59,924 nucleotides of DNA from Candidatus Omnitrophota bacterium (GTDB taxonomy: Bacteria; Omnitrophota; Gorgyraeia; JACQQV01), in the NCBI GenBank assembly GCA_016206785.1, contig JACQQV010000005.1:1-59924 (forward strand), read 5' to 3'. The translations under genes and the position numbers were made by a program. Below are positions 46,079-54,639 of the stretch, one piece after another (the first letter of the stretch is position 1; each line of letters opens with the position of its first letter). The notes beneath the pieces are model-generated. The model was not told the DNA's origin and searched no databases. It saw only the letters and a list, made by a program, of their open reading frames with translations.

Positions 46079-47069
46079 CTAAAACATCCTCGACTTGGAT
46101 CGCCTTCATGCAGATATTGTCCGGACAATGCACATAATAACAGGGGGGATCGTCATTGCAGCCGACCTCCTTTCGGAGAATCACTTGCGGATGCGTTCCT
46201 GAAGGACCTGTCAGACGCGGATGCGTCGGTCCAAAAAGAGCGATCACCTTTGTCCCCTGACTCTGAGCCACATGCATCGCCCCGGTATCCCCCGAGATGA
46301 CAAGCGTGGCGCGTTTGAGGAGAGCGGCCAATTGTTTAAGAGTCGTCTCGCCGCAAAAGAGGACCGCCCTCTCCCGCATGGAAGAGAGGATCTCCTCTCC
46401 CAAAGGAATATCTTTCTTTTCCCCTGTAATTACGATCTTCTGGTGGTGCTTCCGGATCAACTGATCGGCCAACGCGGCAAACCGCTCGGGGGGCCAACGT
46501 TTCTGATCCCAATTTCCGGCGGGACAGAGGGCGATAAAACGTTCCCCCTGCTTAAGCCCCTTCTCTTGGAGGCGTCGTGCAAGGCGTTTTTCCTCTTCCT
46601 CCCCGATCTGCAATGTATAATTTCGGCTGACGGTCCGGTTCTCCGGGGGGAGAAGTCCCAAGAAATACTCCACCTTATGAAGCGGAGAGGGCGGCAGGGG
46701 AACTTTCTGGGTGAGAAGTAACCCTCCCCATTTGACCGCATAGCCGATCCGTTCCGGAATCCCTGCCAAAACGGTGAGGAGTCTTCGCGTGAAGGAACGA
46801 TGAAGAAGATAGACTTTGTCAAATCGTTTGGCACGAAGGGTTCGAATCAATCGGAGTTTCCCGAAAAAGGAGCGATGGAGGGATTCCTCTTCATAAAGAA
46901 GAATTTCGTCGAGGTGGGGATTTCCTTCCAAGACCTCCCGGCAACGGGGGACCACCAGACAGGCGATGAAACTGTCAGGGAAATGGGCGCGGAGCGCTTC
47001 CAGAAAAGGGGTCGAGAAAAGAACGTCCCCGACCCAATTCACATTCACGACAAGAATCTTTTTCTTCAA
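46059..47069 (-). CDS. waaF: LPS heptosyltransferase II-like (GT9)
   Basis: NWVGDV, KRWPPERFA, GDTGAMH, LFGPT. Confidence 0.8.
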   Translation of the reverse strand: MKKKILVVNVNWVGDVLFSTPFLEALRAHFPDSFIACLVVPRCREVLEGNPHLDEILLYEEESLHRSFFGKLRLIRTLRAKRFDKVYLLHRSFTRRLLTVLAGIPERIGYAVKWGGLLLTQKVPLPPSPLHKVEYFLGLLPPENRTVSRNYTLQIGEEEEKRLARRLQEKGLKQGERFIALCPAGNWDQKRWPPERFAALADQLIRKHHQKIVITGEKKDIPLGEEILSSMRERAVLFCGETTLKQLAALLKRATLVISGDTGAMHVAQSQGTKVIALFGPTHPRLTGPSGTHPQVILRKEVGCNDDPPCYYVHCPDNICMKAIQVEDVLDAIERG

Positions 47070-49174
47070 CGCAGGACCTCTTCATAAGGCGTTTGCACCC
47101 ACCGTTTGACCTCTTGATACACCTCTTGAGGTGTAATCCGAGTCATGCAAATGAGACCGATGGGACAACGTCGGAGGTAACAGGGATGGCATTTCACCTT
47201 TTTGTTCAACACGATCCCTTTTCCAACCGGCGGAAAATGACGTTTCGGATCGGTCGGTCCAAAAAGGGCGATCACAGGGGTATCCATGCTTGCCGCCAAA
47301 TGCAAAGGAGCACTATCCACCGTCACAAAGGCGCGGCAGCGTCGAATCAAGGAAGCGAGTTGAGGCAGTGTGGTCTTTCCAATCGCCACAATCGGTTTCA
47401 CATGCACCTGAGAAAGGAGTTTCTGGGCAAGGTTTCTTTCTTGCTCCGTTCCTGTCAGGACAACCCTGATTTTATCCTGCCCCAGACGGTCGCAGAGTTC
47501 GGCAATATATTCGACAGGCCACCGTTTCGTCTCCCATCGGATGCTTCCTCCCAGATTCACGCCGACGAGGGATTCGTTTCCAGCCAACCACTCCTGTTGC
47601 AAGAGCGTTCCCACATACGCTTCGTCCTTGGGTTGGGGCCAGAGTTCCAGCCGTGGGTCAACGGTTTCGATCCCCAGAAGACGAAGGAGTTTCCCCTGAT
47701 GTTCCACAGGAGGCAGGGATCCCGGATCCTTGAGTTTCCTATTGACGAGAAAACGGAAAAGGCCCCGGTCAAACCCGAACCGTTTCGGGGCAAGGGAAAG
47801 ATAAGAAAGAAGCTGGCTTGTTTTGTTATTCTGAAGGTCGATCACCTGATCAAATCCGCGCCGGCGTAGTTCAGAGGCGAGTTGGAGACGGCGGCTTCCC
47901 CTTTTATCCTTCCGTTTGGAATCATAGACCACGATGTCATCCAAATAGGGAGAATGTTGCACGAGTTCAAAGGCATCCCGGCCGACAAGAAGGGTGATAT
48001 GGGATTTTACAAATTTCTTCCGGATCGCACGGAGACTCGGGACGGCCAACACAACATCTCCCACCGCACCGAGTTTGACAACCAAGATACGATCCTTTTT
48101 GAGGGCCTCCTCATAGACCATGAGGGTCTTGTCAATCATCCCTCCGAGAGAATACTCCTTTTCCACTTTCTCCCGAAGGCGTTTTGCAAACGCTGAGGCG
48201 AGAGACGGATCCTTGAGGATCCGAAGGATCGCTTCGGCAAGGGCCAGCGGATCTTCCGGCGGAACAAGGAGTCCTTCTTTCCCGTCTGTAACGACATCGA
48301 CGACGCCGCCGACCCGCGTGGCGACCACCGGCACGCCGCATGCGCCTGCTTCGATCATGACGCGACCAAAGGCCTCCGGCGTTTTGGAAGCGAGGACCAA
48401 AAGATCCATCTCCGAAAGAATCTTTGGAATGTCATAAGAGGTCCCTGCCCATTGAACGGTCTGGTGAAGTCCCAGCCGCTTCACCAAAAGTTCCAGTTCT
48501 TGTCGGTACTTTGTTTTTCCCGGCGGCGCATCTCCTACGATGAGTACCTTTATTTTTGGAAAGGCTCGCACCACCCTGGAAATGGCACGGATAAAATCGA
48601 GGTGGCCTTTCAGAGGGGTGATCCTTCCGATCATGCCGATGGTAAACTCCCCCTGAGGATTCCGGCGGGGACTCCGATAGGTGAAGACGTCGAGGTCCAC
48701 CCCCCGCGGAATGAGACGAATGCGTTCTGGAGAGACCTCGAAATCTTCGAGCATATGTCTGCCGATCGCCTGGCTCGAAACGATCACCCGCTTCCCCCAT
48801 CCCATGCAGTAACCGAAGAAATTCTTCCGATAGTATCCATGACAGGTCGTGACAAGGGGACGCGATGTTTTGCGACAGGCGAGGAATGCAATGAGTCCCG
48901 GCACGCGGCTTCGGGCATGAACCACATCGATATGCTCTTCCTCAATAATGCGACAGACCCGCCGCACCATCTGAAAGATTGTCCAGGGATTTTTGGCGCC
49001 GACCGGAAGGGTGTAATGTTTGGTGCCATACGTGTCCAGGTAACGGACCAGTTCCCCGCCTCCCGAGATGACCACCGAGCGGTGCCCGCGCGCCACAAGG
49101 CCCCGCGCGAGTTCCACCGTCCCCCGCTCCGTCCCTCCCAATTTCAGTTCCGGAATGATTTGAAGAATGTTCAT
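47066..49174 (-). CDS. Fused GT4 plus GT9 glycosyltransferase
   Basis: GGTERG...EAFGRVMIEA (GT4), followed by GAVGDV...DSAPLH...FGPT (GT9). Confidence 0.9.
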   Translation of the reverse strand: MNILQIIPELKLGGTERGTVELARGLVARGHRSVVISGGGELVRYLDTYGTKHYTLPVGAKNPWTIFQMVRRVCRIIEEEHIDVVHARSRVPGLIAFLACRKTSRPLVTTCHGYYRKNFFGYCMGWGKRVIVSSQAIGRHMLEDFEVSPERIRLIPRGVDLDVFTYRSPRRNPQGEFTIGMIGRITPLKGHLDFIRAISRVVRAFPKIKVLIVGDAPPGKTKYRQELELLVKRLGLHQTVQWAGTSYDIPKILSEMDLLVLASKTPEAFGRVMIEAGACGVPVVATRVGGVVDVVTDGKEGLLVPPEDPLALAEAILRILKDPSLASAFAKRLREKVEKEYSLGGMIDKTLMVYEEALKKDRILVVKLGAVGDVVLAVPSLRAIRKKFVKSHITLLVGRDAFELVQHSPYLDDIVVYDSKRKDKRGSRRLQLASELRRRGFDQVIDLQNNKTSQLLSYLSLAPKRFGFDRGLFRFLVNRKLKDPGSLPPVEHQGKLLRLLGIETVDPRLELWPQPKDEAYVGTLLQQEWLAGNESLVGVNLGGSIRWETKRWPVEYIAELCDRLGQDKIRVVLTGTEQERNLAQKLLSQVHVKPIVAIGKTTLPQLASLIRRCRAFVTVDSAPLHLAASMDTPVIALFGPTDPKRHFPPVGKGIVLNKKVKCHPCYLRRCPIGLICMTRITPQEVYQEVKRWVQTPYEEVLR

Positions 49175-49212
49175 TTTTTCAAAGCCGCCGTCGCTTGCTT
49201 CATCCTGACCCG

Positions 49213-49432
49213 TCCCCTTTAAAGGCGGTATCTTGGGACCGAGTCCCGGTCACGGTGAGACCCTTCCCCTTTAAAGGCGGGACTAAGTCCCGCCTTCCTC
49301 GGGGGAAAGTCTAAGGCGAAAAGGGACTTAGTCCCTGCTCTGACGCTCGGTGCATTAAAAGGGGACAACGCCCTTTTATTCCTCCGCCACGACACCCACT
49401 CCCTGCCCGCCCCTATTTCACGGGCGGGCAGG
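49213..49432. repeat. Cluster of REP-like GC-rich hairpins
   Basis: Three GGGAC-N3-GTCCC palindromes, a 16-bp direct repeat, and CCTGCCCGCCC/GGGCGGGCAGG. Confidence 0.8.
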
Positions 49433-49546
49433 CCCTATTGATCATGCCCAATAGGGAATAAAAGAAATATAAAGTAAATATTATAACTTGTTTAATAACA
49501 GTAAGTTATAGATATACCGTGGAAGAGGTAAATATAAGAAATTTCT

Positions 49547-51496
49547 TCACACGATCCTCCTTAAGGCCTCTTCAATCCGCTTCGCATCATCGAGTCTGGA
49601 CCGAGGCCCTTTTGCTTCAAACGCTTTTTGAATCGCCCCTCCGAGGTTTTCTCCCTCCGTCAAAATCGCCTGATGTTCCTTGGCCAGTTGTGAGAGGGTC
49701 TGTTCGATCTTCGACCCCTTCTTCCTACCCGAAGGGAGAAAAACGATCAGCCGGTCCGCGGCAGATGCAGCCTCGGAAACCATCGAGATGCTTTCACCTG
49801 TTACAATCACAACATTCGAAAGCCCCAGAATACCAGGGACCACGCCGTCAAAATTCATCCGGTTCGCAAGGACAAGGAGCTTGCAATGGGGATCGTTCTT
49901 CCAGGATTTCTCCAACATCTCTTCGATCTCCTTGGAAGTCCTGCGGGAGGAACTCACGAGAAGTTCAAGATTTCGCTTTTTTGCCTCCTGAGTCACCGTT
50001 TCGATCATTAAGGTGAATTCTTCCTGGCGGAATGGAAATTCCTCCGTGCTTCCTCCGATGAGGAGCCCCAGACAACGCGTAAGCGGCCCTCCGATCCGTT
50101 GCGCAAGACGGGATGCCTCCTGCCGAATCTTTTCCTCTGTCAGGGCATGAGGGGCGCCACGTGTGGCCACAATCTGGGAAGAGAGAGGAGGCTTGTCATG
50201 ATGCGGAATGACCGCAAGGTCGAAGGAAGAAGCGGGGGGAAAGACCGGATCCATGACCACAATGGAGCGCGCAGGATGATCATAAGAAAGAATCCGATTG
50301 AGGGGCGCTACGCTGGATCCCGTCGATATCACGAAATCGTGATGGGACCGAATGACCTTTTCATAAGAATCCTTTGTGAGTGCAAACCGGACACACTTTA
50401 GACACCCCTGGCAGGAGCGATTCGCCTGGAGACTCAAGGCGGCAAGAAACATCCTCCGCCACTTGTTTTTGTAACGGATCCCGATGGGTTCCTCATGCAC
50501 AACGTGCAACCCTTTTTCTTGAAGCACATGCTGAAGAGAGGAAGCCACCCCCAAAGATTGATTCAGGTGGCCTGCCTTACCATCATTCAAGATCGCCACA
50601 TGCCGGGTCGGACTCGACTTCCATCTTTTGTGAAGCCAGAGCCACTGATCCGGATATTTCCGGATAAAATTTTCAAGACGCTCGGCAAATTGCTGGAGTC
50701 CTTGCTTAAGATCCTCTTCTTCGTTGCCACTTTTTGTAATGTTGAGCGGTTCTGTGATCTCAATCACGTGATGGGCATGCCGTTCTCGTCGGGCGAAGCA
50801 GGGGATAACCTCGCAGCCCGTTTTCAAGGCAAAAGCGATCGCCCCAGGAGCAAAAGAGGTCGGGCGGCCAAAGAAATTGACAAAAACCCCATTCCTTCCC
50901 GCATCCTGATCGGTGAGGATGCCGACAAGTCCATTCTCTCGAAGAGCTCGTATGATTTCGCGGATCATTAAGCCTTTGTGGATGACTTTGCAGCCGGTCA
51001 GTTCTCGATACCGGTTAAGGAGAGCATTTGTCTTCGGAAACTTTTGTTGGCGGGCGAGGACCTGTTCCGGATATCCCCGGATCGCCGCGCCAACACTTTG
51101 AAGCTCCCAGTTCCCAAAATGGGCGGTAAGGGCAATCGTCCCTTTTCCTCTTTCTTTGGCTTTTGCCAATCGGTCCATCCCATGAAACGTGACGTAGCGG
51201 GAAAGATACCCTTCGTTCACCTTTGGAAATCGGAGCACTTCGACGGCGGTTTGCATGAGATTCTGAAAAACCTTCCGTTCAAGGCGAAGGAGTTGGGAAG
51301 GAAAATATTTTCCTCCGAGACATGATTTCAGATTCGCATAAGCGATCTCCCCGCGCTTTCGATAAAACAAAAAAGCAATATCCCCCACCCTCCGGCCGAT
51401 CCACAGGCACAGGGAAAGCGGGAGAAGGCAGAGGAGTGCTGAAAGTCCCCTAGCGAGAAAATAGAGCGTTGAGTCGCCGAAAGAGTTCGTCTTCAT
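49547..51496 (-). CDS. Lipid A acyltransferase (LpxL-like) fused to an ELM1/GtrOC1-like glycosyltransferase domain
   Basis: AHFGNWE...QWLWLHKRWK, followed by DGKAGHLNQ, SSRRT, VTGESISMVSEA. Confidence 0.87.
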   Translation of the reverse strand: MKTNSFGDSTLYFLARGLSALLCLLPLSLCLWIGRRVGDIAFLFYRKRGEIAYANLKSCLGGKYFPSQLLRLERKVFQNLMQTAVEVLRFPKVNEGYLSRYVTFHGMDRLAKAKERGKGTIALTAHFGNWELQSVGAAIRGYPEQVLARQQKFPKTNALLNRYRELTGCKVIHKGLMIREIIRALRENGLVGILTDQDAGRNGVFVNFFGRPTSFAPGAIAFALKTGCEVIPCFARRERHAHHVIEITEPLNITKSGNEEEDLKQGLQQFAERLENFIRKYPDQWLWLHKRWKSSPTRHVAILNDGKAGHLNQSLGVASSLQHVLQEKGLHVVHEEPIGIRYKNKWRRMFLAALSLQANRSCQGCLKCVRFALTKDSYEKVIRSHHDFVISTGSSVAPLNRILSYDHPARSIVVMDPVFPPASSFDLAVIPHHDKPPLSSQIVATRGAPHALTEEKIRQEASRLAQRIGGPLTRCLGLLIGGSTEEFPFRQEEFTLMIETVTQEAKKRNLELLVSSSRRTSKEIEEMLEKSWKNDPHCKLLVLANRMNFDGVVPGILGLSNVVIVTGESISMVSEAASAADRLIVFLPSGRKKGSKIEQTLSQLAKEHQAILTEGENLGGAIQKAFEAKGPRSRLDDAKRIEEALRRIV

Positions 51497-52499
51497 TTTT
51501 GGTCATCACAAGTTCTACTTCAAGAGCCAAAAGTCTTGTTGAAGGAAAGAGGCGAAGGGCCTTTAATCGTTCAAGGTCTTTCCCCGTCGTCAAAAGGAGA
51601 CTTCCCCCGAGAGAGGCGGCGGTCTGGTCGAGTTGCTCAAGATCCTCCCGTCGATAACGATGGTGATCCATAAAGGAGATGGATCGGAGAGGGTGGATGC
51701 CGTTTCTTTCCAAAAGATGTTCAAAAGAACGAGGATTTCCGATCCCGCAGAAAGCAATCCCCCTCTCTCGTCTCACCTGTTCAAAGGACACCTCCTCTTG
51801 GGTGCGTGCCTCAACGAAACGTCGAGGACGGTGAGCGGAAAAAAGGAGCGGAGTCTCTGGAGCGCACCCTTTCAAAAAGCGTTCGAGTCGGTTGGATTTC
51901 TCTGCCTCTCCATCCGTCCTTGTCAATACCAAAAGATCTGCCCGCTTTAGAGCAGAGGGCCTCTCACGCAAGATGCCTCGCGGGAGCACCCTCCCATTCC
52001 CGAAAGGGTTGGTCGCATCGATGAGAACGATGTCAAGATCCCGTTCTAAGTGCCAATACTGGAACCCGTCGTCCAGGACCACCGCATCCATATGGGCTGA
52101 AATCGCTTTCTCGGCAAGGGCGACCCGATCCTTGCCGACCCAGACCGGAACATCCGGAAAGGCGCTCCGCAATTCCAACGCTTCGTCCGCCACATCTTCT
52201 CCAAGTTTCCGATAACCCCGTGTGAGAACCGCCACTTTTTCCCCTCGAGAGAGGAGTTGGCCGACGAGCCATTTCACGAAAGGGGTTTTTCCTGTCCCTC
52301 CCCACGTGATATTTCCGACGCTGATGACCCTCAAAGGAAGTTTCTTTCTTCGGTACAGTCCGATCCGCCAGAGAGTCTTCCGGCATCCCAGAAGGAGGTG
52401 GTACGGAACCGTCAAAAGGAAGAGAAGCTTTTTCAAGAAAGAAGAAAGTGGATCATTCAACTGATCGGTCATCAAGGAATAGAGATAGCGCCTCATCAC
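51450..52499 (-). CDS. lpxK: Tetraacyldisaccharide 4'-kinase
   Basis: SVGNITWGGTGKTP, LDDGFQ, LPRGILRE, DHH, TTGKD. Confidence 0.95.
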   Translation of the reverse strand: MMRRYLYSLMTDQLNDPLSSFLKKLLFLLTVPYHLLLGCRKTLWRIGLYRRKKLPLRVISVGNITWGGTGKTPFVKWLVGQLLSRGEKVAVLTRGYRKLGEDVADEALELRSAFPDVPVWVGKDRVALAEKAISAHMDAVVLDDGFQYWHLERDLDIVLIDATNPFGNGRVLPRGILRERPSALKRADLLVLTRTDGEAEKSNRLERFLKGCAPETPLLFSAHRPRRFVEARTQEEVSFEQVRRERGIAFCGIGNPRSFEHLLERNGIHPLRSISFMDHHRYRREDLEQLDQTAASLGGSLLLTTGKDLERLKALRLFPSTRLLALEVELVMTKNEDELFRRLNALFSR

Positions 52500-53764
52500 T
52501 TCACCAGGAACTCCCTCAAGACTTCAAGATACCGCCGGACCACCCCTTGATGATCTTCGAGCACCTTTTTTGCTTTCTCCCCCAACGATTTTCCTAAACG
52601 CTCATTTTCAAGAAGCGTCCGCGTCACATGAGCCAATTCTTCTTCCCCCTGCACTTGTTTGACAGCCCCTTCTTTAAGAAACAGATGAACGATATCTTGA
52701 AAATTGTCCATATGGGGGCCGAAAAGGATCGGTTTTGCGAAAAGGGCCGGCTCCAAAGGATTCTGCCCTCCTTTGGGAACAAGGCTCCCCCCAATAAAGA
52801 CGAGGTCGGCTACTGCGTAAATGGAACGGAGGATCCCGATCGTATCCAAAACAAGAACCGAAGAAGGAACCCCTTGTTGCTTGTTCCTCTCTGAGACAAG
52901 CGACGCCTCTCGGTGAAACGTCTGAATCAATTTCACGACTTCCCTTTTTCTTTCAGGATGTCTGGGGGCAATGAGGAGGCGGAGATGCGGATAATCCTTT
53001 GAAAGGCCGTCATAGATCTGAAGGAGAGACTTCTCCTCCCCCGGGTGAGTGCTCCCCGCCACCCACAGTTTCTCCCCTTTGGCCAAACCGAGTCTTTCCC
53101 TCATCCCGTCGGAGGAGGTTTCTTGCCCTCGCACCGCCACAAGATCGAATTTCATATTCCCCAAAATGCGGATGCGCGTTGGATCGGCGCCAAGGGCACG
53201 GATCCGGTCTCCATCTAAAGCGTGCTGCATGCAGAAAAGATCGATCCTTTGTAAAGGGCCTTTGAGCGCCCACCGGATCCAGCGGTACCCCCGGAAAGAC
53301 TTCTTGGAGATCCTTCCATTCAAAAGAACGATCGGGATGTTCGCCTTTTTGAGAACGAGAATGAGGTTGGGCCAGATCTCTGTTTCCATCGTTACAAAAA
53401 GGTGGGGCTTTACGGTGCGAACGACGCGGTGGACCACCCCACTTAAATCAAAGGGGAAATAAAAAAGAAGTTCGTCTTCCTTACGGATCCCTTCCAGGAT
53501 CGTTCGACCTGTCTTTGTCGTTGTTGAAAAGGCGAACTGAACATTTGGAAAGCTTTTCCGGATCTCCTGAATCAGAGGAAGGGCCGCAAGGGCTTCTCCG
53601 AGCGAAACGGTATGAAGCCAGAGGATTTTTCCTTCCGATCTTTTGACCTTTGGGAGAAAACCGAAGCGTTCCCGGAGATGATCGTGCGATTTCTTCTTGA
53701 GGAAGAAGGTGGGCAGATAGAGCAGTGCAAAAAGGAGAAAGGCGATATTATAAAGGAATACCAT
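52496..53764 (-). CDS. waaA: KDO transferase
   Basis: WLHTVSLGE, ETEIWPN, GSTH, APRHPER, GGQNPLEP. Confidence 0.95.
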   Translation of the reverse strand: MVFLYNIAFLLFALLYLPTFFLKKKSHDHLRERFGFLPKVKRSEGKILWLHTVSLGEALAALPLIQEIRKSFPNVQFAFSTTTKTGRTILEGIRKEDELLFYFPFDLSGVVHRVVRTVKPHLFVTMETEIWPNLILVLKKANIPIVLLNGRISKKSFRGYRWIRWALKGPLQRIDLFCMQHALDGDRIRALGADPTRIRILGNMKFDLVAVRGQETSSDGMRERLGLAKGEKLWVAGSTHPGEEKSLLQIYDGLSKDYPHLRLLIAPRHPERKREVVKLIQTFHREASLVSERNKQQGVPSSVLVLDTIGILRSIYAVADLVFIGGSLVPKGGQNPLEPALFAKPILFGPHMDNFQDIVHLFLKEGAVKQVQGEEELAHVTRTLLENERLGKSLGEKAKKVLEDHQGVVRRYLEVLREFLVK

Positions 53765-53766
53765 CG

Positions 53767-54639
53767 TCAGGCCCTCGGATGCGCTTTTTCATACACCTTT
53801 TTCAGGCGCTCGGCCGTCACATGCGTATAGATCTGAGTCGTCGAAAGGTGTTGATGTCCGAGAAGTTCCTGAACGGATCGTAAGTCGGCTCCCCGATCCA
53901 AAAGATGGGTTGCGAAGGAATGCCGAAGGGTATGAGGAGAGATGTGACGGGCAAGACTTGTCCTTTTGATCACACGATCCAAGACCCTTCGAACGCTCCG
54001 CTGGCTGAGTCGACCGCCTGACTTATTGAGAAAAAGGATTTGGGAGGAACGAAGTGATCTTTTCTCTTTCCGTTTCTCCAGATAGGTCTGGATCGCACGC
54101 AACGCCTTCTCCCCGATCGGACTGAGCCTTTCCTTCTTTCCTTTTCCAGAGACCTTAACCACCCCTCCGATAAAATCGACATCGGAAAGATCGAGCTGTG
54201 TCAGTTCACTCACGCGAAGCCCGGAACTATAAAGCGTTTCGAGGATCGCCCCGTCCCTCAACCCTTGAAGATCCCCTGCAGGTTCCTCGAGGAGTCGCGT
54301 CACCTCTTCGACCCCCAAAACCTTGGGAAGCCGTTTCTCCTGTTTGGGGGTACGCAGAGAAAGGGTAGGGTTTGTGTGGAGATATCCTTCTCGACAGAGG
54401 AATTTGAAAAAGGAACGGAGTGTAGAGAGCTTCCGTGCCACCGTGATTTTTTGAAAATTCTTGGTTTTAAGATCGGCGAGAACTCTTCGAAGGACTAAAA
54501 GATCAATTTTTTCAGGAGGGATGTCACCAACAAATTCCTGAAAGGCCTCAAGGTCACTGCGGTAATTCGTCAGGGTGTGGGAGGAAGCATTCTTTTCGTA
54601 CTCCAGGTAACGGAGGAACTTCTCGATATAGCGTTTCAC
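53767..54639 (-). CDS. xerC: Tyrosine recombinase XerC
   Basis: GLRVSEL, GKGKKER, HTLRHSFATH, LLGH..LSTTQIYTH; dprA-topA-xerC synteny. Confidence 0.9.
   Translation of the reverse strand: MKRYIEKFLRYLEYEKNASSHTLTNYRSDLEAFQEFVGDIPPEKIDLLVLRRVLADLKTKNFQKITVARKLSTLRSFFKFLCREGYLHTNPTLSLRTPKQEKRLPKVLGVEEVTRLLEEPAGDLQGLRDGAILETLYSSGLRVSELTQLDLSDVDFIGGVVKVSGKGKKERLSPIGEKALRAIQTYLEKRKEKRSLRSSQILFLNKSGGRLSQRSVRRVLDRVIKRTSLARHISPHTLRHSFATHLLDRGADLRSVQELLGHQHLSTTQIYTHVTAERLKKVYEKAHPRA

Noticed and set aside
53767-54639. Phage or island integrase, or shufflon recombinase for the adhesins
   Set aside because: It has XerC-like size and motifs in the conserved dprA-topA-xerC context, with no cargo or inverted cassettes.
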